A DNA stretch of 36,482 nucleotides from an uncultured Bacilli bacterium (GTDB lineage Bacteria; Bacillota_I; Bacilli_A; RF39; UBA660). Each line of letters starts with the position of its first letter. Within the stretch, counting starts at the first letter, position 1. The stretch spans positions 1 through 36,482 of the forward strand of contig CANRGD010000005.1 in NCBI GenBank assembly GCA_947630105.1. The letters run 5' to 3'. The position numbers and the translations under genes are program-made. This document shows, piece after piece, positions 1 to 8,849 of the stretch. The notes under the pieces were generated by a model, which saw only the letters and a program-made list of their open reading frames with translations, was not told where the DNA came from and did not search any database.

Positions 1-70
1 CTTATGGAATTATTATACTATAACTACCCCCCCCCGTGTCAATGTTAAGTCTTATTATTTCCCACGGAAT
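1..70 (-). repeat. Copy 1 of a ~70-bp direct repeat containing a sigma70 promoter with a poly-G spacer; it drives a gene beyond the left window edge
   Basis: Aligns to 905-975 with 7 mismatches and 1 indel. Minus strand: TTGACA (42-37), 19-bp spacer containing G9 (35-27), TATAAT (17-12). Confidence 0.9.
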
Positions 71-95
71 GGAAGTATATTTTATCTTCTATATT

Positions 96-863
96 TTAAT
101 CCTGAGTACTATATTCTAATGTTATATCGCCTATTTTTACACTATAAGAGCCATCAACAGCTCCAGCATCTGTTGCTCCTTCTACTACACCTATACTAAT
201 ATAAATTTCTTGATATTTATATGTTTTTCCATCATATTTACCCAACTTAGTGTTAGTAATATTAGAATATGTACCATTTTGACTATTGAAAGGCACCTCA
301 TCCCCATGTGTTATATTATCTACTGTAACTGCAATGCCCTTACGATTAGGCGTCCCACCAATATAAATAATAGTTCGCACACGAACTTCTAAACTTTTAC
401 AAGCTTTATCTACTAATTCTTTAGACGTTCCATTGCCTGGTATACAGACTATTGGTTTATCATAACCTGTAACATTGGCAATTTTTATACTTTTAAAATA
501 TGCATCAAATTCTCCATCATTTATAGCAAAAACAGAATATGTTAAACGACCATTATTATCTAAAGAAGTAAAATTTGCTCCTAAATTTGTAATTTTAGGA
601 TTTGCTCCACTATTATCTATATGGGCATCTACTGCTGTTCCTGCTGCACCTGGAGTAAAAACTGGTTTAATATCACTTGTATCCATCACTGTTACTGATT
701 TAGAAAATTTGACACTAAAGTTAGCTTCATTTGCTTTTACTGTAGCACTAATATTTTGAATATTTAAGCTTTTAGAAAATACGGCATAAGCAATTGTTAA
801 AAAGACAACGGCTATTAACATTGAAGTTACAGCTATTATTCTTCCTTTTCTGTCTCTTTCCAT
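96..863 (-). CDS. Secreted/surface protein, TasA/camelysin-like, with a SipW-type-like signal peptide (255 aa)
   Basis: ATG at 863 follows GGGAGGT RBS (better than the ORF-track start at 890). Basic N-terminus, hydrophobic stretch, then AYAVFS..LNI. Beta-rich body with an N-D-G-x-x-D-A-Y motif, two Cys and a C-terminal I-x-L-x-Y strand. Family call is by pattern only. Confidence 0.6.
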   Translation of the reverse strand: MERDRKGRIIAVTSMLIAVVFLTIAYAVFSKSLNIQNISATVKANEANFSVKFSKSVTVMDTSDIKPVFTPGAAGTAVDAHIDNSGANPKITNLGANFTSLDNNGRLTYSVFAINDGEFDAYFKSIKIANVTGYDKPIVCIPGNGTSKELVDKACKSLEVRVRTIIYIGGTPNRKGIAVTVDNITHGDEVPFNSQNGTYSNITNTKLGKYDGKTYKYQEIYISIGVVEGATDAGAVDGSYSVKIGDITLEYSTQD

Positions 864-904
864 TATAGTACCTCCCATAAAAAAATACACAAAACTTCTA
901 TTTT

Positions 905-975
905 CTTATGAAGCAATTATACTATAGCTACCCCCCCCCAGTGTCAATATTAAGTCTTATTATTTTCCACGGAAT
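905..975 (-). promoter_or_regulatory. Copy 2 of the direct repeat: sigma70 promoter with G9 tract in the spacer, upstream of 96-863
   Basis: Minus strand: TTGACA (947-942), 20-bp spacer containing G9 (939-931), TATAAT (921-916). Confidence 0.9.
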
Positions 976-999
976 TCCTAAATTTTAAGTAAAATAAAC

Positions 1000-1033
1000 C
1001 AAGGTCAACCTACTAAACTTTTCGTAAACCTTG
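1000..1033 (-). terminator. Stem-loop after tex, probable terminator
   Basis: Minus strand CAAGGTT...GACCTTG followed by GTTTATTTT; large interrupted loop. Confidence 0.45.
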
Positions 1034-1055
1034 TATTATAATTTTTTAAAAATTA

Positions 1056-3209
1056 TTATTTTTCTGTTAATCTTAGATTAACTTTTTCCTTTTCTAAAGA
1101 AATACTATCTACATAACAATCCACTATATCTCCTACACTTACAACTTCACTAGGATGTTTAATATATTTATCTGTAAGCTTAGAAATATGAGCAAGTCCA
1201 TCATTATGTAATCCAATATCAATAAAAGCTCCAAAATCAACCACATTTCTAACCGTTCCTTGTAATTTCATCCCAACTGTTAAATCTTTTATCTCTAAAA
1301 TATCACTTTTTAATAGTGGTTGAGGCATTTCCTCTCTAGGATCCAAATTAGGTTTCTTTAAGGAAGCAATAACATCCTCCAAAGTATAAATATCAGTTCC
1401 TAGTTTTTTGGCAACTTCTTCTTGCTTTATATTATCTAATTTTTCTCCTAAATTTTTACTCCCAATATCTTTAATATTACATCCTATTTCTTTAAGTAAA
1501 TTTAAAGCTATATTATAACTTTCTGGATGAATTGCCGTACTATCTAAAATGTTATCTCCTTCTGCAATACGTAAAAATCCAATTGCTTGTTCATAAGCTT
1601 TATCTGATAATAACTTCTTTTTAGCAATTTCTTCTCTTGATTTAATTTTACCTATTTGCTCACGATAATTTATAATTTTCTCAATTGCTTTTTTGGTAAT
1701 TCCTGAAACATATTTTAATAAAGAAGCAGAAGCTGTATTTATATTTACACCAACACTGTTTACGCATTTTTCTACTACAAAATCTAAAGAATTAGCTAAT
1801 TTTTTTTGAGATACATCATGTTGATATAACCCCACTCCAATACCATCAGGTGGAATTTTAACAAGTTCAGCTAATGGATCTTGTAATCTTCTTCCAATAC
1901 TAACAGCACTTCTTTTTTCAACTTCCAAAAATGGAAATTCTTCAATCGCAATAGGTGAGGCACTATATATTGATGCCCCAGCTTCAGAAACAATTACATA
2001 TTTGCAAGATAAATTATACTCATGAATCATCTCTGCACAAAATTTTTCTGATTCTCTTGAAGCTGTTCCATTCCCAATCGCAATAATATCTACATTATAT
2101 TTTTTTATTAAATCTACTACAGTTTCTTTAGCTTGTTTTACCAAACTAGCACTATTTCCTTTTAAAAAAGGCTTTATAACTGTTGAGTCTAAATATTTAC
2201 CATTTTTATCTATAACTGCCAATTTACACCCATTTACAAATCCTGGATCAAATGCTAAAACAATCTTTTCTTTTATTGGTGGCATTAATAATAAAGCTTC
2301 TAAGTTTTTACCAAAATTTTCAATTGCCGCTTCTTCGCCCTTTTCTGTTAATTCACTTCTAATTTCTCTCTCGATAGAAGGTGCAATAAGTCTTTTATAG
2401 GCATCTTCTATTGCCTCTATTACATATTTACAAACAAAACTTTTTTCATTTCTAATATTTTTTTGCTTTAAATAGGTAATTATTTCCTCACTTTCAACAT
2501 TTATAGATACACTAAGTATCTTTTCATCTTCTCCTCTATTAATTGCTAAAATTCTATGTGGTTTAATATATTTAACTGGCTCATTAAATGAATAATACAT
2601 TTCATAAACTTTCTTTTCATCAACAGCACCTTTTTTTAATTTTGTCTCAATTATTCCCGTTTTATAAAAATAACTCCGAATCCATTTTCTATAAAAAGCA
2701 TTATCACTTATCCACTCAGCAATTATATATTTAGCTCCCTCTATACATTTATCTAAATCTAACTCATCTTTTATAAATTTAGCTGCTAATTCCTCTATAC
2801 TACCTTTAATAGGAAAACTCATCATCATTTTAGCTAAAGGCTCAAGTCCTAATTTTATTGCTTCAGTAGCTTTTGTCTTTTTCTTTTCTTTATAAGGACG
2901 ATACAAATCTTCTACTTCTACTAGTTTTGTACAATTCAATATTTGCTTTTTCAACTCTTCTGTTAATAATCCCTTTTCCTCAATTAATCTAATGACATCC
3001 TCTTTACGTTTAAGCAAATTCTCTTGATATAAATAAACTTCATTGATAGCCTTAATTTGTTCTTCATTAAGAGCTCCTGTTGCCTCTTTTCTATATCTTG
3101 CTATAAAAGGAATAGTATTTCCCTCATTAAGTAAAGTTAACACAACATTTACTTGCTTAGTAGAAACTCCTAAATCTTTTGCTATTTCATTTATAATTAA
3201 TTCATTCAT
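1056..3209 (-). CDS. tex: Tex family RNA-binding transcription accessory protein
   Basis: GNTIPFIARYRKEATG, YqgF-like DPG..GCK, HhH region and C-terminal S1 domain (GTVRNVVDFGAFIDIG). Confidence 0.97.
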   Translation of the reverse strand: MNELIINEIAKDLGVSTKQVNVVLTLLNEGNTIPFIARYRKEATGALNEEQIKAINEVYLYQENLLKRKEDVIRLIEEKGLLTEELKKQILNCTKLVEVEDLYRPYKEKKKTKATEAIKLGLEPLAKMMMSFPIKGSIEELAAKFIKDELDLDKCIEGAKYIIAEWISDNAFYRKWIRSYFYKTGIIETKLKKGAVDEKKVYEMYYSFNEPVKYIKPHRILAINRGEDEKILSVSINVESEEIITYLKQKNIRNEKSFVCKYVIEAIEDAYKRLIAPSIEREIRSELTEKGEEAAIENFGKNLEALLLMPPIKEKIVLAFDPGFVNGCKLAVIDKNGKYLDSTVIKPFLKGNSASLVKQAKETVVDLIKKYNVDIIAIGNGTASRESEKFCAEMIHEYNLSCKYVIVSEAGASIYSASPIAIEEFPFLEVEKRSAVSIGRRLQDPLAELVKIPPDGIGVGLYQHDVSQKKLANSLDFVVEKCVNSVGVNINTASASLLKYVSGITKKAIEKIINYREQIGKIKSREEIAKKKLLSDKAYEQAIGFLRIAEGDNILDSTAIHPESYNIALNLLKEIGCNIKDIGSKNLGEKLDNIKQEEVAKKLGTDIYTLEDVIASLKKPNLDPREEMPQPLLKSDILEIKDLTVGMKLQGTVRNVVDFGAFIDIGLHNDGLAHISKLTDKYIKHPSEVVSVGDIVDCYVDSISLEKEKVNLRLTEK

Positions 3210-3238
3210 AAAATTACCTCACTTTCTTAATTTTAGGC

Positions 3239-3262
3239 AAAAAAAGAAGCTTAAAAGCTTCT
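3239..3262 (-). terminator. Rho-independent terminator
   Basis: AGAAGCTT/AAGCTTCT inverted repeat followed by a T-run on the minus strand. Confidence 0.7.
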
Positions 3263-3938
3263 AATAACCATACCTCACAACTTCAAATACTACATTGTAA
3301 TTTGTTCCAAATAATAAAGCTTCACTTTCCGCACTAAATAATAAATCAAATAAAAATCTCTTTTCCAATCCAATATTGCCACCTCTATCTAATACAATAG
3401 CATAAAAGGGCTCTCCTAATTTTGAATTTGTTACTCTAACAATTGTCCCATAAGGATATTTTTTATCTCCTGCAACAATCCTCACCTTTCCATAAGTAGC
3501 ATCAGTATAATAAATATTTCCCCCTCTTACATCATAGCCACTACCTACTTTTCCACTACAGCCAAAACAATCAGGTCCATAAGCAGACATTGCCCCAACT
3601 TGTGTTTCTAAAATATCACTACCAACAGGTTTGTTATTTTCTAGTGGCTTTTCTTCAACAGGATTTATAACATCTATACTTTTTTCTATATTAGCTTTTT
3701 TCTCTTCTACTGTTTTCTCTTGTTTTTCAATGTTTTCTTCATTTACAGTTTCTTCTTTTTCTTCAGTAGGCAAAATTTCTTTAAATGCCACAACTTCAAC
3801 ATTACTAATTACACTACTATTTAATTTTTTTGTTTTAACTTCTAGCTGACAAACTTTATTAGTAACTGGAAAAACAAATAAAACTGTAGGAATCATCAGA
3901 AATAAAAACAAATTTATAGCATATATAATATATTTCAT
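3261..3938 (-). CDS. 3D-domain (MltA-like) cell-wall protein with N-terminal membrane anchor/signal
   Basis: SAYGPDC, IVAGDKKYPYGT, VLDRGG and FDL supply the three Asp residues; Glu/Lys-rich linker. Confidence 0.85.
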   Translation of the reverse strand: MKYIIYAINLFLFLMIPTVLFVFPVTNKVCQLEVKTKKLNSSVISNVEVVAFKEILPTEEKEETVNEENIEKQEKTVEEKKANIEKSIDVINPVEEKPLENNKPVGSDILETQVGAMSAYGPDCFGCSGKVGSGYDVRGGNIYYTDATYGKVRIVAGDKKYPYGTIVRVTNSKLGEPFYAIVLDRGGNIGLEKRFLFDLLFSAESEALLFGTNYNVVFEVVRYGY

Positions 3939-3962
3939 AACATCCTCTTATTAATACTTCAA

Positions 3963-4793
3963 TTAACTTCTTCTTTCACAAGTATATCCACTTGCTTTCA
4001 TATTTTTTTCGATATAATCCATATCTTCATTATATTCAAATTCAGGATAAGTTCCACCAGCTTCACTATATGCACTAGTTACTTTTTCCAAATCAATATC
4101 ACTATAAGTAAATTTTTCTTTCTGGGTAATTGTATCATTTACATATTCACAAGCAACAGATACTCCATTTAATGTAGAAGTAACATTTTTTAAATTTTCA
4201 CATTTCATATTTTCAGTAACTAAAGTATCTTCATCTAATGTAATATCACCTCTTGTTGTTACTAAATAATCTAAATTAATTAATTTATTATCAGTAAATC
4301 CAAAAACAGCTTCATAAGATATATCTAATTGAGAAGTATTTTTACTTAAAGTACATACTAAATCTCCATTAACAATTTTTTCATTTAAAGCTGCATTTTT
4401 ATTAGCTTTATATTGTTCCACAAAACTATTTATTTCAGGTAAAAATATCACAAATCCAATCAAAAAAACAAAGAAGATTACTAACAAAAAAGTTTTAAAT
4501 TTACTTGGTGGTTTATAATTTATATTAACTTCTTTCATTGTTTCTTTAACAGACATAGGTGTATTTATTGATTGATTATTTCCATTATTATTAGTTTGAG
4601 TAATATTAGCAGAAGCTAAAGTATTTGTATTTACTGAAGCATTTACTTGAGAATTTCCTAAAGTAGTATTTTGTCCTTGAACTTGTGCCATAGTTTGAGC
4701 ACTATTTTGTATTTGTGGAGGATTTACTACTCCAGCTTGATTAACATTAGTTGAATTATTGTTTCCACCAGTTTGATTTTGATTAGGATTCAC
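3963..4793 (-). CDS. Hypothetical single-pass membrane protein with Asn/Gln-rich N-terminus
   Basis: Likely GTG start at 4793 after GGGAGTG; extended -10 TGTTATAAT at 4845-4837; one TM helix; Cys-containing C-terminal domain. Confidence 0.75.
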   Translation of the reverse strand: MNPNQNQTGGNNNSTNVNQAGVVNPPQIQNSAQTMAQVQGQNTTLGNSQVNASVNTNTLASANITQTNNNGNNQSINTPMSVKETMKEVNINYKPPSKFKTFLLVIFFVFLIGFVIFLPEINSFVEQYKANKNAALNEKIVNGDLVCTLSKNTSQLDISYEAVFGFTDNKLINLDYLVTTRGDITLDEDTLVTENMKCENLKNVTSTLNGVSVACEYVNDTITQKEKFTYSDIDLEKVTSAYSEAGGTYPEFEYNEDMDYIEKNMKASGYTCERRS

Positions 4794-4852
4794 ACTATCA
4801 CTCCCTATATTAAACAACTTATTCTTTATAAAATATATTATAACATAACAAT

Positions 4853-5479
4853 CTATCTTAAACTAGTAATTTTTTCTTGAAAATCATCGCTATTTGTAAT
4901 ATAACTTCCCGCAACTAATATATCAGCATCTGCACAAAGATTTTTTGTTTCCTCATTAATCCCACCATCTACACTTATAAGAGCTTTACTTTTATAAGAA
5001 TTTAACAAAGCCCGAACTTCTTTAATTTTATCCTTCGTCTCTTCAATAAATTCCTGTCCTCCCTTACCAGGAACTACACTCATTATTAAAATTACATCTA
5101 AATAAGGTAAATACGGAACTAATTCACTAACTTTAGTTTCTGGAGATATCGCTAGCCCTGCTTTTATTGAATATTTTTTAATTAATTCTAAATCTTTTAC
5201 AATATCTTCTAAAACTTCAACATGAAAAATTATATATTCAGTATTAAGTTCCGCATAAAGTGGAATATATTTAGAAGGTTTTTTTACCATTAAATGTACA
5301 TCTAATCTTTTTGATGTAAATTTATATATATTTCGCATTTCTCTAAATGGCATGGTCTTTAATTTAACAAATTTCCCATCTCCAATATCTACATGAATAT
5401 AATCAATATCTGTATCATTTAATTTTGAAATATCTCTAGGAATATTTTTACTAGACAAAAATGAACCACTAACTTTCAT
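4853..5479 (-). CDS. rpe: Ribulose-phosphate 3-epimerase
   Basis: HVD, DVHLM, MSVVPGKGGQ, VDGGIN motifs; follows rsgA. Confidence 0.96.
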   Translation of the reverse strand: MKVSGSFLSSKNIPRDISKLNDTDIDYIHVDIGDGKFVKLKTMPFREMRNIYKFTSKRLDVHLMVKKPSKYIPLYAELNTEYIIFHVEVLEDIVKDLELIKKYSIKAGLAISPETKVSELVPYLPYLDVILIMSVVPGKGGQEFIEETKDKIKEVRALLNSYKSKALISVDGGINEETKNLCADADILVAGSYITNSDDFQEKITSLR

Positions 5480-5480
5480 T

Positions 5481-6308
5481 TTACTCCTCCTTTATAAAAC
5501 TTAAATAATTTAAATATCTATCCTTTAATATATTATTAGCCAAAACATTCTTTTTAACAGCACATTCTACTTCTTTTGTATGTGTACAATCTTTATAAGG
5601 GCAAGGATATTTTTTAAATTCTACAAAAGCATCTTTTATTTTTAATTTATCTTCTTTAGTAAAATTTAAAGCTGAAAAGCCTGGTGTATCTATTACTTTT
5701 CCACTTCCAAAAACAAAAGCTTCTACTACTCTTGTAGTATGTTTACCTCTTCCTAAAGCCAAGGATATTTCTCCTGTTTGTAAATCCCACTTAGAATTAA
5801 TTTTATTTAAAAGGGTTGATTTACCAGCTCCTGTTTGTCCTGTAAATACACTTGTTTTATTACTTAATAATTTTTTTATTTTTGAAATATCTTTATTTGA
5901 TATTACCTCATAGCCTATATTTTCATAATATTTTAATATTTTTAAAATTTCTTTACTTTCATTTTTAGTTAAAAGATCTTCTTTGGTTATACAAATTATT
6001 GGTTTTACATTATTAATTTCCATAAGAACAAGTAATTTATCTAATAAATGTAAAGAAAAGTCAGGTTGCTTTAAACTAGTAATAATAAAACCTTGATCAA
6101 TATTACTAACTTTAGGTCTTTGAAAACAATTTTTTCGTGGTAAAATTTTTTCAATTATTTTTTTATCTTTATTGAAAAGAACATAATCTCCAACTACTGG
6201 AATAATATGTTCTTTTCTAAATATTCCTCGACATTTACATGGATATATTTCATCTTGATAACTAACATAATGTAAGTCACTAATTATTTTTATTATTTGC
6301 CCCTGCAT
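5481..6308 (-). CDS. rsgA: Ribosome small subunit-dependent GTPase A
   Basis: TKxD, GQTGAGKST, GRGKHTT, DTPG and C-terminal CxxxxCxHxxxxxC. Confidence 0.97.
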   Translation of the reverse strand: MQGQIIKIISDLHYVSYQDEIYPCKCRGIFRKEHIIPVVGDYVLFNKDKKIIEKILPRKNCFQRPKVSNIDQGFIITSLKQPDFSLHLLDKLLVLMEINNVKPIICITKEDLLTKNESKEILKILKYYENIGYEVISNKDISKIKKLLSNKTSVFTGQTGAGKSTLLNKINSKWDLQTGEISLALGRGKHTTRVVEAFVFGSGKVIDTPGFSALNFTKEDKLKIKDAFVEFKKYPCPYKDCTHTKEVECAVKKNVLANNILKDRYLNYLSFIKEE

Positions 6309-6318
6309 ATTTTATAAA

Positions 6319-8106
6319 TTACTCCTTTTCACTATCTTCTTCACTTGCTGTTGAACTAGCTTCTGGAGTTTCACTAGAAGAAGATGAAGCTTTTGGTTTT
6401 GGTTTCTTAGCAACAATTATTTTTAACGTCATCCCTTTAACTATTGGACTTCCCGCAGCCCGTGATTGAGAAATTATTTTTCCTTCTTCATAACTTGTTG
6501 TTTCTTCTTCACTTACTGAAATCTGTAAATCATACTTAGCACAAAAAGCTTCTGCATCTTCTACAGACCAACCTAATTCATTCATATCTGGGAATGTATC
6601 AGTAATATCAGGAATATACAATATTATTTGATCTCCTTTTTTTACTTCACTACCCTTTGCTAAAGATTGGCCAATAATTTGCTGTCCAGCATTTTCTAAA
6701 TCTAAATCAAAATCTTCAGGTGGTTCTTTTTTCTCAACTTTTACTTCTAAGCCATATTCAACTTCTAACAATGTTTGAATTTCTATATAATTTTTACCTG
6801 TATAATCTTCTAATTCAAATGTTTCTTCTCCAGTTGATTTATATATAGTTACTTTAGTACCATATTTAACACTACGTCCACTAGCTGGATCAGTTTTTAC
6901 AACCCTATTCTTTTTTACCGTATCTGATGCTACTTTTTTAATTTTTGTATTTACTTCAAATCCTGCTTCTTGTAATTTCTTTTCACAAGAACTTACTGTT
7001 AAATTTTTACACTTTGGTACACTAACTGCCTTTTTTGTAGTTAAAGCTGGTACAACAAAAAATATAATAATTAATATAGCCACTAATACTGCTAAAACAC
7101 AAGCTAAAATTATAATTATTTTTTTATTCTTTTTTTCTTCCTTATCTTCAATCTTAGTAACTATTTCTGAAGTTTCATCAACATTTTTTTGTCCTTCAAT
7201 TTCTTCTAATTTTTTAATTTGTTTAGTTGTATCACTTTCATTTTCCGGATATTTATATTGATAAGGCTCTTCATTTAATCTCTCATCATCCATACAACTT
7301 AATAAATCATCATGCATACTTTTAACATCATTATATCTATTTTTAGGATTCTTAGCAGTAGCCTTTAAAATAATATTCTCAATACTTTGTGGAATAGCTG
7401 GATTTTCTTCTCTTAAATTTGGTAGTGGATCTCGCATATGTTTAAGTGCTATTTCTACTGCATTATCACCTCTAAAAGGTAAACTTCCACTTAATAATTC
7501 ATAAAAAATAATACCCATTGAATATATATCACTTTTCGTTGTACACCCTTTACCACTAGCTTGTTCCGGTGGTAAATAATGTACAGACCCCATTACAGAA
7601 TTAGTCTGTGTAAGTTGTGTTGAATTTAAAGCCATTGCAATACCAAAATCAGTTATTTTAATTTGACCATCATCTTTAATCATAATATTTTGTGGTTTTA
7701 AATCACGATGAATTATATAAGAATCATGTGCATGTGCCATACCATCTGTTAATTGTAGCATTATATCTATTGCTTCTGATAAAGTCAAACTGCCTCGCTT
7801 CTTTAATAATTGCTTTAAAGTTTTTCCTTCAATATACTCCATAACAATATAGTATAACCCATCATCTTCGCCAACATCATATACTTCAACAATATTAGGA
7901 TGAGCTAATGATGATGCTGATAAAGCCTCACGTTGAAACCGTCTAACAAATTTTTCATCATTAGACAAATCTCCTCTTAATATTTTAATAGCCACATTTC
8001 TATCTAGAATAGTATCATATCCTAAATAAACATTAGCCATACCACCTTCACCAATAGAACGTATTATTTCATATCGTTCATTAATTTTTTGCCCCTTTGA
8101 AATCAT
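6319..8106 (-). CDS. prkC: PASTA-domain Ser/Thr kinase (PrkC/Stk1)
   Basis: GEGGMA, HRDLKPQN, DFG motifs; TM helix; about three PASTA repeats; Ser/Glu-rich tail. Confidence 0.97.
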   Translation of the reverse strand: MISKGQKINERYEIIRSIGEGGMANVYLGYDTILDRNVAIKILRGDLSNDEKFVRRFQREALSASSLAHPNIVEVYDVGEDDGLYYIVMEYIEGKTLKQLLKKRGSLTLSEAIDIMLQLTDGMAHAHDSYIIHRDLKPQNIMIKDDGQIKITDFGIAMALNSTQLTQTNSVMGSVHYLPPEQASGKGCTTKSDIYSMGIIFYELLSGSLPFRGDNAVEIALKHMRDPLPNLREENPAIPQSIENIILKATAKNPKNRYNDVKSMHDDLLSCMDDERLNEEPYQYKYPENESDTTKQIKKLEEIEGQKNVDETSEIVTKIEDKEEKKNKKIIIILACVLAVLVAILIIIFFVVPALTTKKAVSVPKCKNLTVSSCEKKLQEAGFEVNTKIKKVASDTVKKNRVVKTDPASGRSVKYGTKVTIYKSTGEETFELEDYTGKNYIEIQTLLEVEYGLEVKVEKKEPPEDFDLDLENAGQQIIGQSLAKGSEVKKGDQIILYIPDITDTFPDMNELGWSVEDAEAFCAKYDLQISVSEEETTSYEEGKIISQSRAAGSPIVKGMTLKIIVAKKPKPKASSSSSETPEASSTASEEDSEKE

Positions 8107-8849
8107 ATAACTTCACCTTCTTCGCTAAGTACCAAATAACAAACCGAAATATTATCTGTGCCACCCCTATTATTTGCTTTTTGAATTAATTTAATAACTT
8201 TATCTTCGACCTCGCCTTCACCTAATAGAACTTTTTCAATTTGGTCTTTTTCTACCATATTAGTAAGACCATCACTAGAAAGTAATATATCCGAAACATT
8301 CATATCACAATCAAATATATCCATATCTACTGTAGGAGCTGCTCCTAAAGCCTTCATCAAAACATTTTTTTTTGGATGAACACTTGCTTCCTCTTTTGTA
8401 AGTTCTCCAGCACTAACTAATAAATTAACTAACGTATGATCATAAGTTACTTTATGTAATTTTCCATCTTTCATTACAAAACCACTAGAATCTCCTACAT
8501 TACCAAATAACAAATAATCTTTCGTTAATATTGCCATTACTAAAGTTGTCCCCATCCCTTTACTCTCAGGATGTTCTTTCTCATGTTGAAAAATTAAAGT
8601 ATTTATTTCATCTGTAGCATCTCTCATCCAATTAACCGCATCCACTTTACTCATATTTAAAAAAGTCTCTTTAAAATGTTTTCCTAAATAAGAAATAGCA
8701 ATAGAACTAGCCACTTCTCCAGCGGAATGTCCTCCCATTCCATCAGCAATCGCTAATAAATACTCATCTTTTGTATTTTTAGTAATTATTACACTATCTT
8801 CATTATGATCTCTTACTTTGCCAGCATCTGTTAAATAAAAAGATTTCAT
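8103..8849 (-). CDS. prpC: PP2C-type Ser/Thr phosphatase (PrpC/Stp1)
   Basis: NED, ADGMGG, GMGTT, NVGDS, SDGL, GGTDN; overlaps the kinase start. Confidence 0.97.
   Translation of the reverse strand: MKSFYLTDAGKVRDHNEDSVIITKNTKDEYLLAIADGMGGHSAGEVASSIAISYLGKHFKETFLNMSKVDAVNWMRDATDEINTLIFQHEKEHPESKGMGTTLVMAILTKDYLLFGNVGDSSGFVMKDGKLHKVTYDHTLVNLLVSAGELTKEEASVHPKKNVLMKALGAAPTVDMDIFDCDMNVSDILLSSDGLTNMVEKDQIEKVLLGEGEVEDKVIKLIQKANNRGGTDNISVCYLVLSEEGEVI

Noticed and set aside
210-759. Plus-strand ORFs 210-392 and 475-759
   Set aside because: Antisense shadows of the 96-863 gene with no RBS or motifs.
1-975. Direct repeats as CRISPR, integron attC or IS ends
   Set aside because: Spacing is ~904 bp around a whole gene, the GTTAAGT core in copy 1 is not kept in copy 2, there is no long palindrome, and no cas, integrase or transposase is in the window.
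3043-3849. Plus-strand ORFs 3043-3264 and 3631-3849
   Set aside because: Antisense to tex and the 3D-domain gene; composition mirrors the real genes.
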